Positions 29,215-41,871 of a stretch of 48,436 bases of DNA are shown here, one piece after another. The stretch spans positions 1-48,436 of the forward strand of contig CAXTYC010000038.1 of NCBI GenBank assembly GCA_964248365.1, written 5' to 3'. Under the pieces are notes generated by a model. The model saw nothing but the letters and a program-made list of their open reading frames with translations, ran no database searches and was not told where the DNA came from. The DNA comes from an uncultured Chroococcidiopsis sp. Its GTDB lineage: Bacteria > Cyanobacteriota > Cyanobacteriia > Cyanobacteriales > Chroococcidiopsidaceae. Each line of letters starts with the position of its first letter. The stretch's first letter is position 1. Both the position numbers and the translations under genes were made by a program.

Positions 29215-31497
29215 ATGGATGCAGATATCAAACCAGGTACTCAACCTACTCCACCTCTAGATGGTAAAAATGAGGAAACACCTGACAAGGGCGGTGGTTT
29301 ACCAATAATTGAGTATTGGGCAAAGCATACACTGTCACCATCAGGACCAAAGCTTTGGCAAACCTTGCTCCACAAAAGCGCCTGCTTGTCCTGTGCTTGG
29401 GGAACTGGTGGTCAAAAAGGGGGATTCACCAATGAGTCAGGCGAAAAGTTGCAACGATGTATGAAGAGTGTCGAGGCGATAAGTGCCGAAATTCAAGCTG
29501 GTGTACCCACTGACGTTTTTGCCTTAAATCGAATTGATGAGCTACAGCGGCTTACTTCTCATCAAGCAGATAGACTGGGAAGGCTCAGCTTTCCGATGAT
29601 TCTGCGTGAGGGAAAATCCCACTACGATCGCATATCTTGGCAAGAAGTTTACGAAATTGCCACAAATGCGTTTCGTAAACCGCCCCACCGAGTCGCATCC
29701 TACAGTTCGGGACGTTCTTCTAATGAAGCGGCTTACTTGCTGCAATTGATGATGCGATCGCTTGGTTCCAATAATTTAGCAGACTGTTCCGACCTGTGCC
29801 ATGCTCCCTCTACTGTTGGGCTAAAGCAAATGTTTGGCTCTAGCACTTCAATGGTGAGCTTGGAAAGCCTGCAAAAGTCTGAGTGCGTAGTGTTAATCGG
29901 CTCGAATGCAGCTTATAACCATCCTCGGTTTATGAATGAGTTGATTCGACTGCGCGATCGCGGTGGTAAAGTGATCGTAATTAATCCCCTCGTCGAAATT
30001 GGATTAGTTAAATTTGGCTCCCCTGCCTTTCCAGTCAAGTCTTTATTCACAGGCTCTGATATTGCTTCCCTTTATATGCAGCCGATTCCTGGTAGCGATG
30101 TCGCTCTGTTTGTGGGTATGCAAAAGTCCTTGATTGAAAAAGGGATGATTCAAACACAATACTTGCAAGCTCACACCCAAGGCTGGGAAGATGTAGTTAA
30201 ACACGCCCAATCAACAGATTGGGAAACAATAACTCAAACCTGCGGCATAGCAAAGGCAGACATAGAAACAGCCGCGTTAATGATTGCTCAGTCTAAAGCT
30301 GTTGTCTTTGCGTGGGCAATGGGAATTACCCAGCACGAAAATGGTGTAGATAATGTATTGAGTATTGCCAATACTGCCCTACTCACTGGTAATGCTGGTA
30401 AAGAAGGAGCAGGTACAATGCCAATTCGCGGACACTCCAACGTTCAGGGATTTGGTTCGATGGGTGTTACTGCTCAGCTGAAGAAAGAAATTCAACAAGC
30501 TTTAGAAAAACTATTGGGGCGCGATCTCAATCGTGTTCCAGGCTACGACACGCGAGCATTAATTGAAGCAGCAGATGCAGGCAAAGTAGATACGCTCATT
30601 TGTCTAGGCGGTAACTTGTATGCTGCTAACCCCGACTCATCTGAGGCAAAACGCGCTCTTTCTAAAATTGAGACAATTATTTACCTAGCAACCAAACCGA
30701 ATTTAGGACACTTTCATGGTTTGGCAAAGAAAAACACTATCATCATTCCTGTCTTTGCTCGGTTTGAGAATCCCCACAAGACAACGAGCGAGTCAGGTAA
30801 TAATTTTGTGCGCTTGAGTGATGAAGGTAAGACACATCTGGTGGATGCTGATCTAATTTCCGAAGTTGAATTTTTGACGCAACTGGCACATCGCATTCAT
30901 GGTGAAACGCCAATTAACTGGCAAAAACTCCAAGATACGAAGTATGTCCGTCAACTGATTGCCCAAACAATTCCTGGCTACGAAAAAATAGCAGAAATTG
31001 ATGCCACTGGGGAAGAATTTACCATTTCAGGGCGCATCTTTAACGAGCCAAAATTTGCCACTCCCTGCGGGAAAGCAGCGATGTTTGTCACTCCTTTACC
31101 CAAGCTAACATTACCAGAACCTAAAGATTTTGGTGTGTCAGAATCAGTTCAAAGCGTAGTTGTGTCATTGATTACCGCACGTAGCTATTCCCAGCACAAT
31201 ACCGTCGTCTACAAACTGGATGACAAATACAGAGGTATACCTCACCGCAACTGCATTTTGATGAATCCCAAGGATGCCGAACGTGCAAACTTGAGCGAAC
31301 ACCAGCGAGTCACTGTGCAAGCAGATGCTGGTAAGTTAGAAAATGTAGAGATCATTTATGGAACCATTCGCCCTGGAGCCGCGTTGATGTTTTATCCAGA
31401 GGTTAACACCATATTCAAGGCGAAGATTGACAAGCGATCGGGTACTCCAGCCTTCAAAAGAGTACCTGCTATTATATATGCACACGCTACAAACTGA
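29215..31497 (+). CDS. FdhF/YdeP-family molybdopterin oxidoreductase
   Basis: CLSCAWG, SGRSSNE, DCSDLCH, PIRGHSNVQG, ARSYSQHNT, TPAFK. Confidence 0.92.
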   Translation: MDADIKPGTQPTPPLDGKNEETPDKGGGLPIIEYWAKHTLSPSGPKLWQTLLHKSACLSCAWGTGGQKGGFTNESGEKLQRCMKSVEAISAEIQAGVPTDVFALNRIDELQRLTSHQADRLGRLSFPMILREGKSHYDRISWQEVYEIATNAFRKPPHRVASYSSGRSSNEAAYLLQLMMRSLGSNNLADCSDLCHAPSTVGLKQMFGSSTSMVSLESLQKSECVVLIGSNAAYNHPRFMNELIRLRDRGGKVIVINPLVEIGLVKFGSPAFPVKSLFTGSDIASLYMQPIPGSDVALFVGMQKSLIEKGMIQTQYLQAHTQGWEDVVKHAQSTDWETITQTCGIAKADIETAALMIAQSKAVVFAWAMGITQHENGVDNVLSIANTALLTGNAGKEGAGTMPIRGHSNVQGFGSMGVTAQLKKEIQQALEKLLGRDLNRVPGYDTRALIEAADAGKVDTLICLGGNLYAANPDSSEAKRALSKIETIIYLATKPNLGHFHGLAKKNTIIIPVFARFENPHKTTSESGNNFVRLSDEGKTHLVDADLISEVEFLTQLAHRIHGETPINWQKLQDTKYVRQLIAQTIPGYEKIAEIDATGEEFTISGRIFNEPKFATPCGKAAMFVTPLPKLTLPEPKDFGVSESVQSVVVSLITARSYSQHNTVVYKLDDKYRGIPHRNCILMNPKDAERANLSEHQRVTVQADAGKLENVEIIYGTIRPGAALMFYPEVNTIFKAKIDKRSGTPAFKRVPAIIYAHATN

Positions 31498-31508
31498 TCA
31501 GTTAGTTG

Positions 31509-32087
31509 TTAGCAGTTTTGAGATTTTACATAAATTATAAGGTCGGGAAAGAAATTTTTAAAACTGTAATCAATTTCCTGATAATGAGCATTTAATTCCT
31601 CAATACCCTCTGCTAATGCATTTCCATTTTTCGCTCGACGTGCTAATCGATTGAGTGCTAGCTCAATTCCACTTATTTCTTGATACGAGTTCAACCAATC
31701 TTGCTCAATTATTTTTGGAACAGCTAGCCTAAGTTTATCAGGTAATATTGATTGATTTTGCCACAATATATTATATACTTTTTTGCTAAAATCTTTAAGT
31801 GTAATTGAACTGTAATTCATCCAATATTTAGCGAGAAAATGGTCATAAAATACATCGAGCAAAACGCCAGCATATCTTCTTCTTTCCAAAGAAATGAGAT
31901 GTTTTGCATTTCGGACTACTGGATGAGAATCAGTATATGAATCTATCTTACGGTGTAGTTCTATTCCTTGCTGAATAGAGTTTGAAAACTGTTCTTTGAC
32001 TGCACCTTTCATAAAATCACCTAAAAGGTTTCCTAACAATGATTCAGGTGTATCATCAGCTAAGAACAAGTGTGCGAGATAGTTCAT
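31509..32087 (-). CDS. acpH: ACP phosphodiesterase
   Basis: MNYLAHLFL, GNLLGDFMKG, LHRKIDSYTD, DVFYDHFLA. Confidence 0.9.
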   Translation of the reverse strand: MNYLAHLFLADDTPESLLGNLLGDFMKGAVKEQFSNSIQQGIELHRKIDSYTDSHPVVRNAKHLISLERRRYAGVLLDVFYDHFLAKYWMNYSSITLKDFSKKVYNILWQNQSILPDKLRLAVPKIIEQDWLNSYQEISGIELALNRLARRAKNGNALAEGIEELNAHYQEIDYSFKNFFPDLIIYVKSQNC

Positions 32088-32107
32088 GTTGAAAATTATT
32101 ATTTTAG

Positions 32108-32419
32108 TCAGGTGGGCATGGGTGGATACTGGCTTTTGCTAACCATAACTTCATCAATCCGATTTTGTACTGCCCTCCTTGCAGCACTAATTTCTTCTTG
32201 GGGAATGTGCCATAACTTGGTAATTAGCCATTCAGGTACAGGGCTAATCAGCATATGACATTTACCACAAAGGGTAATTAAATTAGATAAATTATTCGTT
32301 CCGCCCTGACTTCTAGGAATGACGTGATGTACTTGTCCGCTGTGTTCTTTACCGCAAACTTGACACTCGCGGTTATCTCTTCGTAATACTTCTTGTCTAA
32401 TTTCTCGCCAAGCTGTCAT
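32108..32419 (-). CDS. Small HNH endonuclease (103 aa)
   Basis: RDNRECQVCG, VHHVIPRSQGG, NLITLCGKCH; start ATG 32419. Confidence 0.88.
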   Translation of the reverse strand: MTAWREIRQEVLRRDNRECQVCGKEHSGQVHHVIPRSQGGTNNLSNLITLCGKCHMLISPVPEWLITKLWHIPQEEISAARRAVQNRIDEVMVSKSQYPPMPT

Positions 32420-32484
32420 AAATTTCTTATATAGCCCACCATTATCACATTTGGTGGGCAATGCCCACCCTACTATAAATTTCA

Positions 32485-32739
32485 CTAGCGGTAAATATCA
32501 CTTCTATGACCAATGGCGAGGACAGTAACAATTCGAGGCTGATCATCAATCTCGTAAATTACGCGGTAATCTCCTACTCGGATGCGCCATCCTTCCCGAT
32601 TAGTTAACTTTACACAACCTGATGGTCTTGAGTTTTGTGCAAGACCAAGAATACTATTTCGGACTCGTTCATAAGCTTCAGTTGGTAATTCGCCTAACTC
32701 TTTTTAAGCGCGTCGCAAAATAGAAATCGTATAATTCAT
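32485..32739 (-). pseudogene. relE: RelE/ParE-family toxin with a stop at codon 12
   Basis: MNYTISILRRA*KELGELP...RPSGCVKL...WRIRVGDYRVIYEIDD...IGHRSDIYR; TAA at 32704-32706; TGATG overlap with the antitoxin stop. Confidence 0.88.
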
Positions 32740-32939
32740 CAACGGTTCTGCTCAATCTCGGCAATTGCTTGCTCGAATGGAATTGCTTCATCATCAGAAG
32801 CCGAAGCCGCGTCATAGGCACGAATGCACTCTAATTCTTCCAACTCTTCCAGCAGTTGTTGATAATCTGCTATGTCTAGAATTACACCAATGCGATCGCC
32901 TTTTTCATCTACTATGTAACGTTCTTTAAATACGTGCAT
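32739..32939 (-). CDS. Cognate antitoxin of the RelE-type toxin
   Basis: 66 aa, acidic, YQQLLEELEELECIRAYD...IPFEQA; translationally coupled to the relE pseudogene. Confidence 0.8.
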   Translation of the reverse strand: MHVFKERYIVDEKGDRIGVILDIADYQQLLEELEELECIRAYDAASASDDEAIPFEQAIAEIEQNR

Positions 32940-33044
32940 AAGTTTACCTTCCTCCCCAGTGCGATTGCTATATTAATAATTATAAAAGTTACATATCACT
33001 ACCATATTTTTTGAAAAATTAAATATCCACTATTTACGTTTTGT

Positions 33045-33425
33045 CTAACGAGCAGCTATTTTTTGAGAAATTTTTTCTAGCAACTTCTGTCCTTCTGATT
33101 TTTGTAAATTTTTTGCAAGAAATGATTCCACTTCTTGCAATTTTGCTGGGCGATCGCCTGGTCCTCCACAGCCACAGGAACCGTAAGCAAAGCCATGCTC
33201 AAACAATATTTGCACCTTTTTCCACTGCTTTACATCATTTTGCTTTGGAGCCTTAAAATCATGCCCCATAGACTTCATTAGCTGTCCACACTGAGGACAC
33301 TTTACTTCTCTTTCAAAAACACGCTGTTTAGCTGGAGTATCCCAAGGAGAAGTTTGCTTGAACATCTTCCTACAATTGAAGCAGGCATAAGGATACTTAT
33401 AAATATGATGGGCATACCGACACAT
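33045..33425 (-). CDS. Hypothetical Cys-rich (zinc-ribbon) protein
   Basis: CFNCRK, CPQCG, MGHDFKAPK, SCGCGGPG. Confidence 0.7.
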   Translation of the reverse strand: MCRYAHHIYKYPYACFNCRKMFKQTSPWDTPAKQRVFEREVKCPQCGQLMKSMGHDFKAPKQNDVKQWKKVQILFEHGFAYGSCGCGGPGDRPAKLQEVESFLAKNLQKSEGQKLLEKISQKIAAR

Positions 33426-33489
33426 GACAGACTCCTTTACTCAGGTTTTAATCTGTCATGATTTTAACTTAGTATTCCAAGCCTCATTC

Positions 33490-34479
33490 CTACACGGGTA
33501 AATCAGCGCGAGGATTGAAAGTTTCAATTTCCCGCAACTTTTCATACAGTTCCCTTTCTTCAGAACTGATATTTTTCGGCATGACAATTTGAATTTCTAC
33601 TAACTGATCGCCTCTTTCGCCGTTATCATCTGGATAGCCTTTATTAGCAAGGCGCAATCTTTGACCCGCCTTAACTCCAGGTGGCAGATTCATTTGTACT
33701 AAGCCGTCCAAAGTTGGCACTTCTACGGGACTACCTAAGACAGCCTCACTAGGAGTAACTGGTAGCTGTATGGCTATATCATTTCCTTCTAGTTTAAAGA
33801 AGGAATGAGGGGAAACGGTGATTTTGAGGTAGAGATCGCCGCCACCGATACCCTGATCCCTAAGACGTATGGTTTGTCCAGTATACATCCCTGGAGGCAT
33901 ATTAACTTCAAGCGATCGCCCATCTTCTAAGCGAATTCTTTCTAACCCACCTTCATAAGCTTTCTCTAGGGGTAGGGTTAATTTCGCTTGTATATCCCTG
34001 CGACTTGCCTGGGAACTAATGGTATAACTTGTTTTCGTTGTGCCTGGACGATAGGCATCGCGGCTATTTACATCCGACGAGGAAGCCGCGCCATTTCGAT
34101 TTTGTTTGCGTCGTCCCAAAACTTGATCGACAAAACTATTGAAGTCTGAAAATTCGCCATAATTAACTTGATTGCCACGACCACTAGCAGCACGATTATC
34201 CCAGGTTTTACCGCGTGGTGTCTGCTTGCCCTTAAAACCCCGCTGATTCCAAAACTGACTGTAAGAGTCGTATTCTGCCCGTTGAGTTGCATCGGAGAGA
34301 ATTTCGTAAGCCTCACCAATATCTTTAAATTTCTCCTCAGCCTGTTTATCGCCAGGATTTAAATCAGGGTGATACTGTCTAGCTAATCGCCGAAAGACTC
34401 GTTTAATTTCATCATTAGAAGCATCTCTGGGTACTCCCAGAATTTCATAGTAATCTCGAAAATTCTGCAAATTTTGCAT
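33490..34479 (-). CDS. dnaJ: Class II J-domain co-chaperone (DnaJ/CbpA-like, no Zn finger)
   Basis: DYYEILG, HPD motif, C-terminal DnaJ domain (VPTLDG, GDQLV). Confidence 0.92.
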   Translation of the reverse strand: MQNLQNFRDYYEILGVPRDASNDEIKRVFRRLARQYHPDLNPGDKQAEEKFKDIGEAYEILSDATQRAEYDSYSQFWNQRGFKGKQTPRGKTWDNRAASGRGNQVNYGEFSDFNSFVDQVLGRRKQNRNGAASSSDVNSRDAYRPGTTKTSYTISSQASRRDIQAKLTLPLEKAYEGGLERIRLEDGRSLEVNMPPGMYTGQTIRLRDQGIGGGDLYLKITVSPHSFFKLEGNDIAIQLPVTPSEAVLGSPVEVPTLDGLVQMNLPPGVKAGQRLRLANKGYPDDNGERGDQLVEIQIVMPKNISSEERELYEKLREIETFNPRADLPV

Positions 34480-34500
34480 ATGAAAGTTATCTATTTGTCG

Positions 34501-34564
34501 AATTTTGGATTTTAGACTTTGGATTTTAGACTAATCTAAAATCTAAAATCTAAAATCTAAAATT
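34501..34564. repeat. Inverted heptamer STRR array between dnaK and dnaJ
   Basis: (TTTTAGA-like)n followed by (TCTAAAA)n, able to fold back. Confidence 0.75.
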
Positions 34565-34565
34565 G

Positions 34566-36584
34566 TTAAAGCCAGTTATCATCCTCATCGTCCCAGTTAC
34601 CTTGGTAGGTAGGACGCTTGCGGCTTGACCTGTCATCATAGTAGGGGGAACGAGAGTTACCATAATAGTCGCGATCGCCATAGGAATCGCGGCGGGGTGG
34701 TTCAAACTCATCTTCCCCAGTGAAAACGCGACGAATAGAGCCAAATAAGTCATCATCTTCGTCTTCACTATAGTACTCGCGCACTTCTCGTTTTAGCTCA
34801 GAAAGCGCATCTTGCAGATCAGCATAAATTTGGTCAATTCCCCGATCATCGTTTTGCTTCAAACTATCGCGCAGTTCCCGAATCAGAGTTTCTATCCGCT
34901 GGCGATAACTCCGAGCAAATTGCATCCCAAAATCCAATGCCACATCTTTGAGATAGCGTTCCGCTTCCACAGTCATAGAGTCAGCCTTCGTCCGCTTTTC
35001 TACCCGTTCTTTGCGCTGACGGTCTACTTCGGCAAATTCTTCCGCATCTTTGATCATGCGGTTGATTTCCGACTCACTTAGAGTAGAAGCCCCAGCAATT
35101 GTAATAGTCTGCTCTCGACCAGTCGTGCGATCTAAAGCTGTCACTTGCAAAATGCCATTAGCATCAATATCAAATGCTACCTGAATTTGGGGAATGCCAC
35201 GCGGAGCGGGAGGAATGCCAGTCAGCTTGAACCGCCCCACAGACTTGTTATCTGCTGCCATTTCCCGTTCGCCCTGGACGACATGAATTTCTACCATTGT
35301 TTGATTATTTTCCCCAGTGGAAAATATATCCGAGCGGCGCACGGGAATAGTTGTATTGCGGGGAATGAGTTTTTTCATTACCCCACTAATGGTTTCCAAC
35401 CCAAAGGATAAGGGTGTGACATCCAATAGCAGCACATCCTTGAGTTCTCCAGCAAGGATACCTGCTTGAATTGCGGCTCCTACGGCAACAACTTCGTCTG
35501 GATTAACATTTTGATTGGGTTCTGTACCGATCATCGATCGCACTATTTGCTGTACCATCGGCATCCGAGTTCCCCCGCCCACTAGCACGACTTCATCAAT
35601 ATCTGTCGGTCTAAAGTTAGCGTCAACCAGCGCCCGCTTGACAGGCGCACGAAGTCGGCTTACCAAGTCACTGCACAGCCCTTCAAACTCGGAACGGGTG
35701 AGGCGAGTTTCTAAGTGTTTGGGACCATCATCGGTAGCGGCGATGAAAGGTAAGTTGATGTCTGTGACAGTGACACCGGAAAGTTCAATTTTAGCTCTTT
35801 CGGCGGCTTCCATCAGGCGCTGGAGAGATGAGCGATCGCGTCTTAAATCTACTCCTTCTGCCTCTAGAAATTGCTCTGCTAGCCAGTCAACAATTTTCTT
35901 ATCAAAATCATTGCCCCCTAGCTGCGTATCTCCACTAGTGGATTTGACTTCAAATACACCATCCCCGACTTCCAAAATCGACACGTCGAATGTACCGCCA
36001 CCCAAGTCAAACACCAAAATTGTTTGACTTTCTTTGCGATCCAAGCCATAAGCTAAAGAGGCGGCGGTTGGTTCATTTAGAATTCGCAACACCTCTAACC
36101 CAGCAATGCGCCCAGCATCCCGCGTAGCTTGGCGTTGAGAGTCATTGAAATAAGCTGGAACTGTAATTACTGCCTGTGTTACAGGTTGTCCCAGATAGCG
36201 ACTAGCATCTTCTGCTAACTTTTTCAGCACCATTGCTGAAATTTCTTCTGGAACAAATTCTTTATTCAGACGGGGACATTCTATTTTAATATTGCCTGCT
36301 TCGCCTTTGCGAATCGTGTAGGAAACGCGCTTTGACTCCGCACTAAGTTCGCCGTAGTTGCGCCCGATGAAGCGTTTGACGGCGTAGAAGGTATTTTTCG
36401 GGTTGAGAACCGCTTGTCGCCGTGCCATTTGTCCGACAACGATTTCCCCTTCTCTGCTAACGCTTACTACCGAGGGAGTAGTCCGCATTCCTTCTGCATT
36501 GGCAATTACGAGGGGCTTGCCGCCCTCCATGACAGCTACTACTGAGTTAGTTGTCCCCAAGTCTATGCCGACTACTTTACCCAT
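34566..36584 (-). CDS. dnaK: Hsp70 chaperone, DnaK3-type
   Basis: [17 protein letters not shown]; acidic/Trp C-terminus [10 protein letters not shown] and a downstream J protein, as in cyanobacterial DnaK3. Confidence 0.96.
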   Translation of the reverse strand: MGKVVGIDLGTTNSVVAVMEGGKPLVIANAEGMRTTPSVVSVSREGEIVVGQMARRQAVLNPKNTFYAVKRFIGRNYGELSAESKRVSYTIRKGEAGNIKIECPRLNKEFVPEEISAMVLKKLAEDASRYLGQPVTQAVITVPAYFNDSQRQATRDAGRIAGLEVLRILNEPTAASLAYGLDRKESQTILVFDLGGGTFDVSILEVGDGVFEVKSTSGDTQLGGNDFDKKIVDWLAEQFLEAEGVDLRRDRSSLQRLMEAAERAKIELSGVTVTDINLPFIAATDDGPKHLETRLTRSEFEGLCSDLVSRLRAPVKRALVDANFRPTDIDEVVLVGGGTRMPMVQQIVRSMIGTEPNQNVNPDEVVAVGAAIQAGILAGELKDVLLLDVTPLSFGLETISGVMKKLIPRNTTIPVRRSDIFSTGENNQTMVEIHVVQGEREMAADNKSVGRFKLTGIPPAPRGIPQIQVAFDIDANGILQVTALDRTTGREQTITIAGASTLSESEINRMIKDAEEFAEVDRQRKERVEKRTKADSMTVEAERYLKDVALDFGMQFARSYRQRIETLIRELRDSLKQNDDRGIDQIYADLQDALSELKREVREYYSEDEDDDLFGSIRRVFTGEDEFEPPRRDSYGDRDYYGNSRSPYYDDRSSRKRPTYQGNWDDEDDNWL

Positions 36585-36721
36585 GCGTGAACGTTCTCCT
36601 AGCTTGTCTTAAATATATATATATGTTGAGAACTTTTGCTGGATTTATTCTATCTTGCTCTGGGGGGATGCACCGAATAGGAGGGCGATCGCCAGGACAA
36701 AATCTAGAGTAAATTGTATTG

Positions 36722-37647
36722 ATGATTGACCACGACCGTTTATTCAAAGAACTCCTATCTACCTTCTTTTTGGAGTTTTTAGACTTATTTTTCCCTGATG
36801 TCACTACCTACATTGAACCTGAATCTCTCACGTTTTTGGACAAAGAAGTTTTTACAGATGTAACTGCGGGTGAGCAGTATGAAGCTGATTTAATTGCCAA
36901 GGTGCGGTTTTGTAGTCAAGAATCGTTTTTTCTGATTCACGTCGAAAACCAAGCCAAAGCCCAAACCGACTTCAGTAAGCGAATGTTTCGCTACTTTGCC
37001 CGTTTGTACGAAAAATTCGCTCTACCAGTTTATCCAATAGCCTTGTTTTCCTACGATGCTCCACAGCGTCCAGAGCCAAACTACCATCAAGTTAGTTTTC
37101 CTGACTTTGAGGTGCTGAAGTTCAACTTCAGGGTAATTCAATTAAATCGCCTTAATTGGCGAGATTTTTTAAATCAACCCAATCCTGTTGCTAGTGCATT
37201 AATGGCAAAGATGAATATTGCCTCAGAGGAGCGCCCTAGAGTAAAACTTGAATGTTTACGTCTGCTGGCAACATTACGGCTAGATCCAGCCCGAATGAAA
37301 TTAATTTCTGGCTTTATCGATACCTATTTACGTTTGAACGCCTCAGAGGAGCGGCTTTTTCAAGCCCAGATCAGTACAATCGAATCATCACAGCAAGAGG
37401 TTGTTATGGAAATCATCACCAGCTGGATGGAGCGAGAATTGAGCAAGGAAGGCTGCAAGGAATACAGCAAGGGGAAGTAGCCCTAATTATGCGCCTACTC
37501 AACCGTCGTTTTGGCACAGTTACCCCCCAAGTAGAGGCAAGAATTCGTAGCTTATCTAGTCAGCAGTTAGAAAATTTGGCTGAGGCGTTATTGGATTTTT
37601 CAGCTGCTTCTGATGTGGCTGCTTGGTTGGAGCAGCAGGCGATTTAG
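36722..37647 (+). pseudogene. Rpn-like PD-(D/E)xK nuclease with C-terminal DUF4351, 1-nt deletion near 37436
   Basis: DHDRLFKELL, EADL...FLIHVENQ, RMFRYF, then MEIITSWMER / IEQGRLQGIQQGEVALIMRLL...LAEALLDF in a shifted frame. Confidence 0.85.
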
Positions 37648-37871
37648 GAGGGGATGCGATCGCATTTTTGATTTGATTGGTGACGGGTGTAGACACCTCA
37701 ACAGAGCCTGTTCGTCAGACATTACACTTTACATAGTCTTTAAGGTTCATAGACAATATTTACTAAGCACGAACTGAATTTTATCTTTTTTGTGAAGTTA
37801 TATTTTTGTATAAAATTTACTTGCTACTTTGGAAATGACAATATTTATTTGCCAGTAGCGGAAACTCAAAC

Positions 37872-38360
37872 GTGAATGTAAACATAGAAGCTATTAAAAA
37901 ACAATTAGGTCTACCTCAGTTCAATCAAACAGACTTACTTAAAATTGCCCTGACTCATCCCTCTTACATTTATGAGAACTACAATCTTAATCGGCAGCAA
38001 AAAGACCAGCAGGAACGCGAGTATAGAAGACTAGCAATTTTGGGTGATGCAATCTTTGGTGCTGCCGTCGTTGACTACCTACATCGATATTTTCCCAAGT
38101 TAAATCAAGGCACTATTAGTAAGTGGAAAAGTTACCTAGTAAGCCGTGAGCAAGCTTACAAATTTGCCAAAAGTTTGAATTTGAGACAGTTTTGTCTGCT
38201 TGGGGGAAGTGAGAAGTGTAAAAATGAAATTGAGCAGCAGGATTTCTTAGCTGAGATGTTCGAGGCTTTGCTTGGTGCAATTTATCTTGAATTTGAGCGA
38301 GACTTTTATGAATTCAGTCAGTGGCTAGTTAAGCATTTCCTAGCCAATGCTTTTAATTAA
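37872..38360 (+). CDS. Stand-alone RNase III catalytic-domain protein, divergent, no dsRBD
   Basis: ALTHPS, RRLAILGDA, AEMFEALLGAIYLE. Confidence 0.8.
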   Translation: MNVNIEAIKKQLGLPQFNQTDLLKIALTHPSYIYENYNLNRQQKDQQEREYRRLAILGDAIFGAAVVDYLHRYFPKLNQGTISKWKSYLVSREQAYKFAKSLNLRQFCLLGGSEKCKNEIEQQDFLAEMFEALLGAIYLEFERDFYEFSQWLVKHFLANAFN

Positions 38361-38483
38361 TTAATAACAAGAGCCAGCGGAAGGAATTAATGTAGTAAAT
38401 AATCAATTGCTTACTTTCTAAAAAGCTTGACAAAAAGCGATATCTACGCAAAGCGAGCGCTAACATACCATCCCATATTTAAC

Positions 38484-38771
38484 TTAAGATTCTGCTTTAA
38501 TCTGCTCTTTCAATAATGGCGAGTTTTCTGGTAATTTCCAAGAACGCCCTTGACAATTAACATAACCATCTTTGACAGTTACGCCAAACATTTGGCGCAT
38601 TATTTGTGCTGCTTCTTGTCTCTCTTCATCTGACAAATAATCCTCTCCTTTAAAACCTGCTCGATAACCTTTATGATTGCCCGTAGCTTCAATATACCGT
38701 TGTTTTCCAGTGTCTAAAATTTCTTGAAATCTGGCAAACTTTTGTTTCTGCTGTTGGGTCCACTCTTTCAT
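38484..38771 (-). CDS. Hypothetical 95-aa protein
   Basis: ORF from ATG 38771 (MKEWTQQQKQKF...), 8 nt downstream of the small ORF at 38780-38953. Confidence 0.7.
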   Translation of the reverse strand: MKEWTQQQKQKFARFQEILDTGKQRYIEATGNHKGYRAGFKGEDYLSDEERQEAAQIMRQMFGVTVKDGYVNCQGRSWKLPENSPLLKEQIKAES

Positions 38772-38779
38772 AATTACAA

Positions 38780-38953
38780 TTACCAATTAGTCGGAACAAT
38801 ATCACCGTTTTGTAAAATCATAGCAATTGGCAATACAGGGCTAGGTGTATTGATGTACCAATTCCCACTATCTTCATCATAAAAGGTACTTTGCAGCAAA
38901 TCCAGGGTTTGCAGGGCATTGATAATCAGGTATTGCTCTTCGCTTGGTTCCAT
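38780..38953 (-). CDS. 57-aa small protein, DUF6888-like (absent from the ORF track)
   Basis: MEPSEEQYLIINALQTLDLLQSTFYDEDSGNWYINTPSPVLPIAMILQNGDIVPTNW*, preceded by AGGA. Confidence 0.65.
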   Translation of the reverse strand: MEPSEEQYLIINALQTLDLLQSTFYDEDSGNWYINTPSPVLPIAMILQNGDIVPTNW

Positions 38954-39092
38954 TAGTGGTTATCCTGTAAATTAACTTTCGGAATTTTACAGGACACAAA
39001 CACTATAATTTTTTTTAGATTAAGCAATGAAAAGGGAATTTTTCTAGCGCGATCGCCCCGCTCGAATTTCCTGTGATGATTATACTGCTCGT

Positions 39093-39114
39093 AATTGTAA
39101 AATCATATACAATT
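39093..39114. promoter_or_regulatory. NtcA-type operator TGTA-N8-TACA
   Basis: AATTGTA-AAATCATA-TACAATT in the divergent intergenic region upstream of crtP; TATAAT at 39231-39236. Confidence 0.55.
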
Positions 39115-39238
39115 CCCTGTAAAAAAAATTTACACCCGATAAATGCTAGCTGCCAGCCTAGATAAAGTGAAAAAATAAACAAAATTGTCAGCATTGGCGC
39201 GATCGCTAACAAATGTAAAGGATTGCAACGTATAATGA

Positions 39239-41642
<2,404 letters not shown>

Positions 41643-41871
41643 CTAGGGGCTAGGGGCTAGAGGCTAGAGGCTAGTGTTGCCTGCGGCAGGGAAAAGGGAA
41701 AAGGTAATTTCCCCTCTGCCCCTTTGCCCCTCTCTCCCCCCTTGCCCCTAATCCCCACTACGCGAGTGAAGAGCGAGTTCCCCAGAGGGGAAGATCGAGT
41801 CCCCCCTGCCCCTCTGCCTCCCCTGCTTGCCTTTTAGATTAATATCTGCTACCATAGTGCTTCACCACCCA

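Noticed and set aside
5652..31497. frmA and the FdhF/YdeP gene as a formaldehyde-oxidation cluster
   Set aside because: They are 22 kb apart, no S-formylglutathione hydrolase gene is present, and YdeP-type proteins are not proven formate dehydrogenases.
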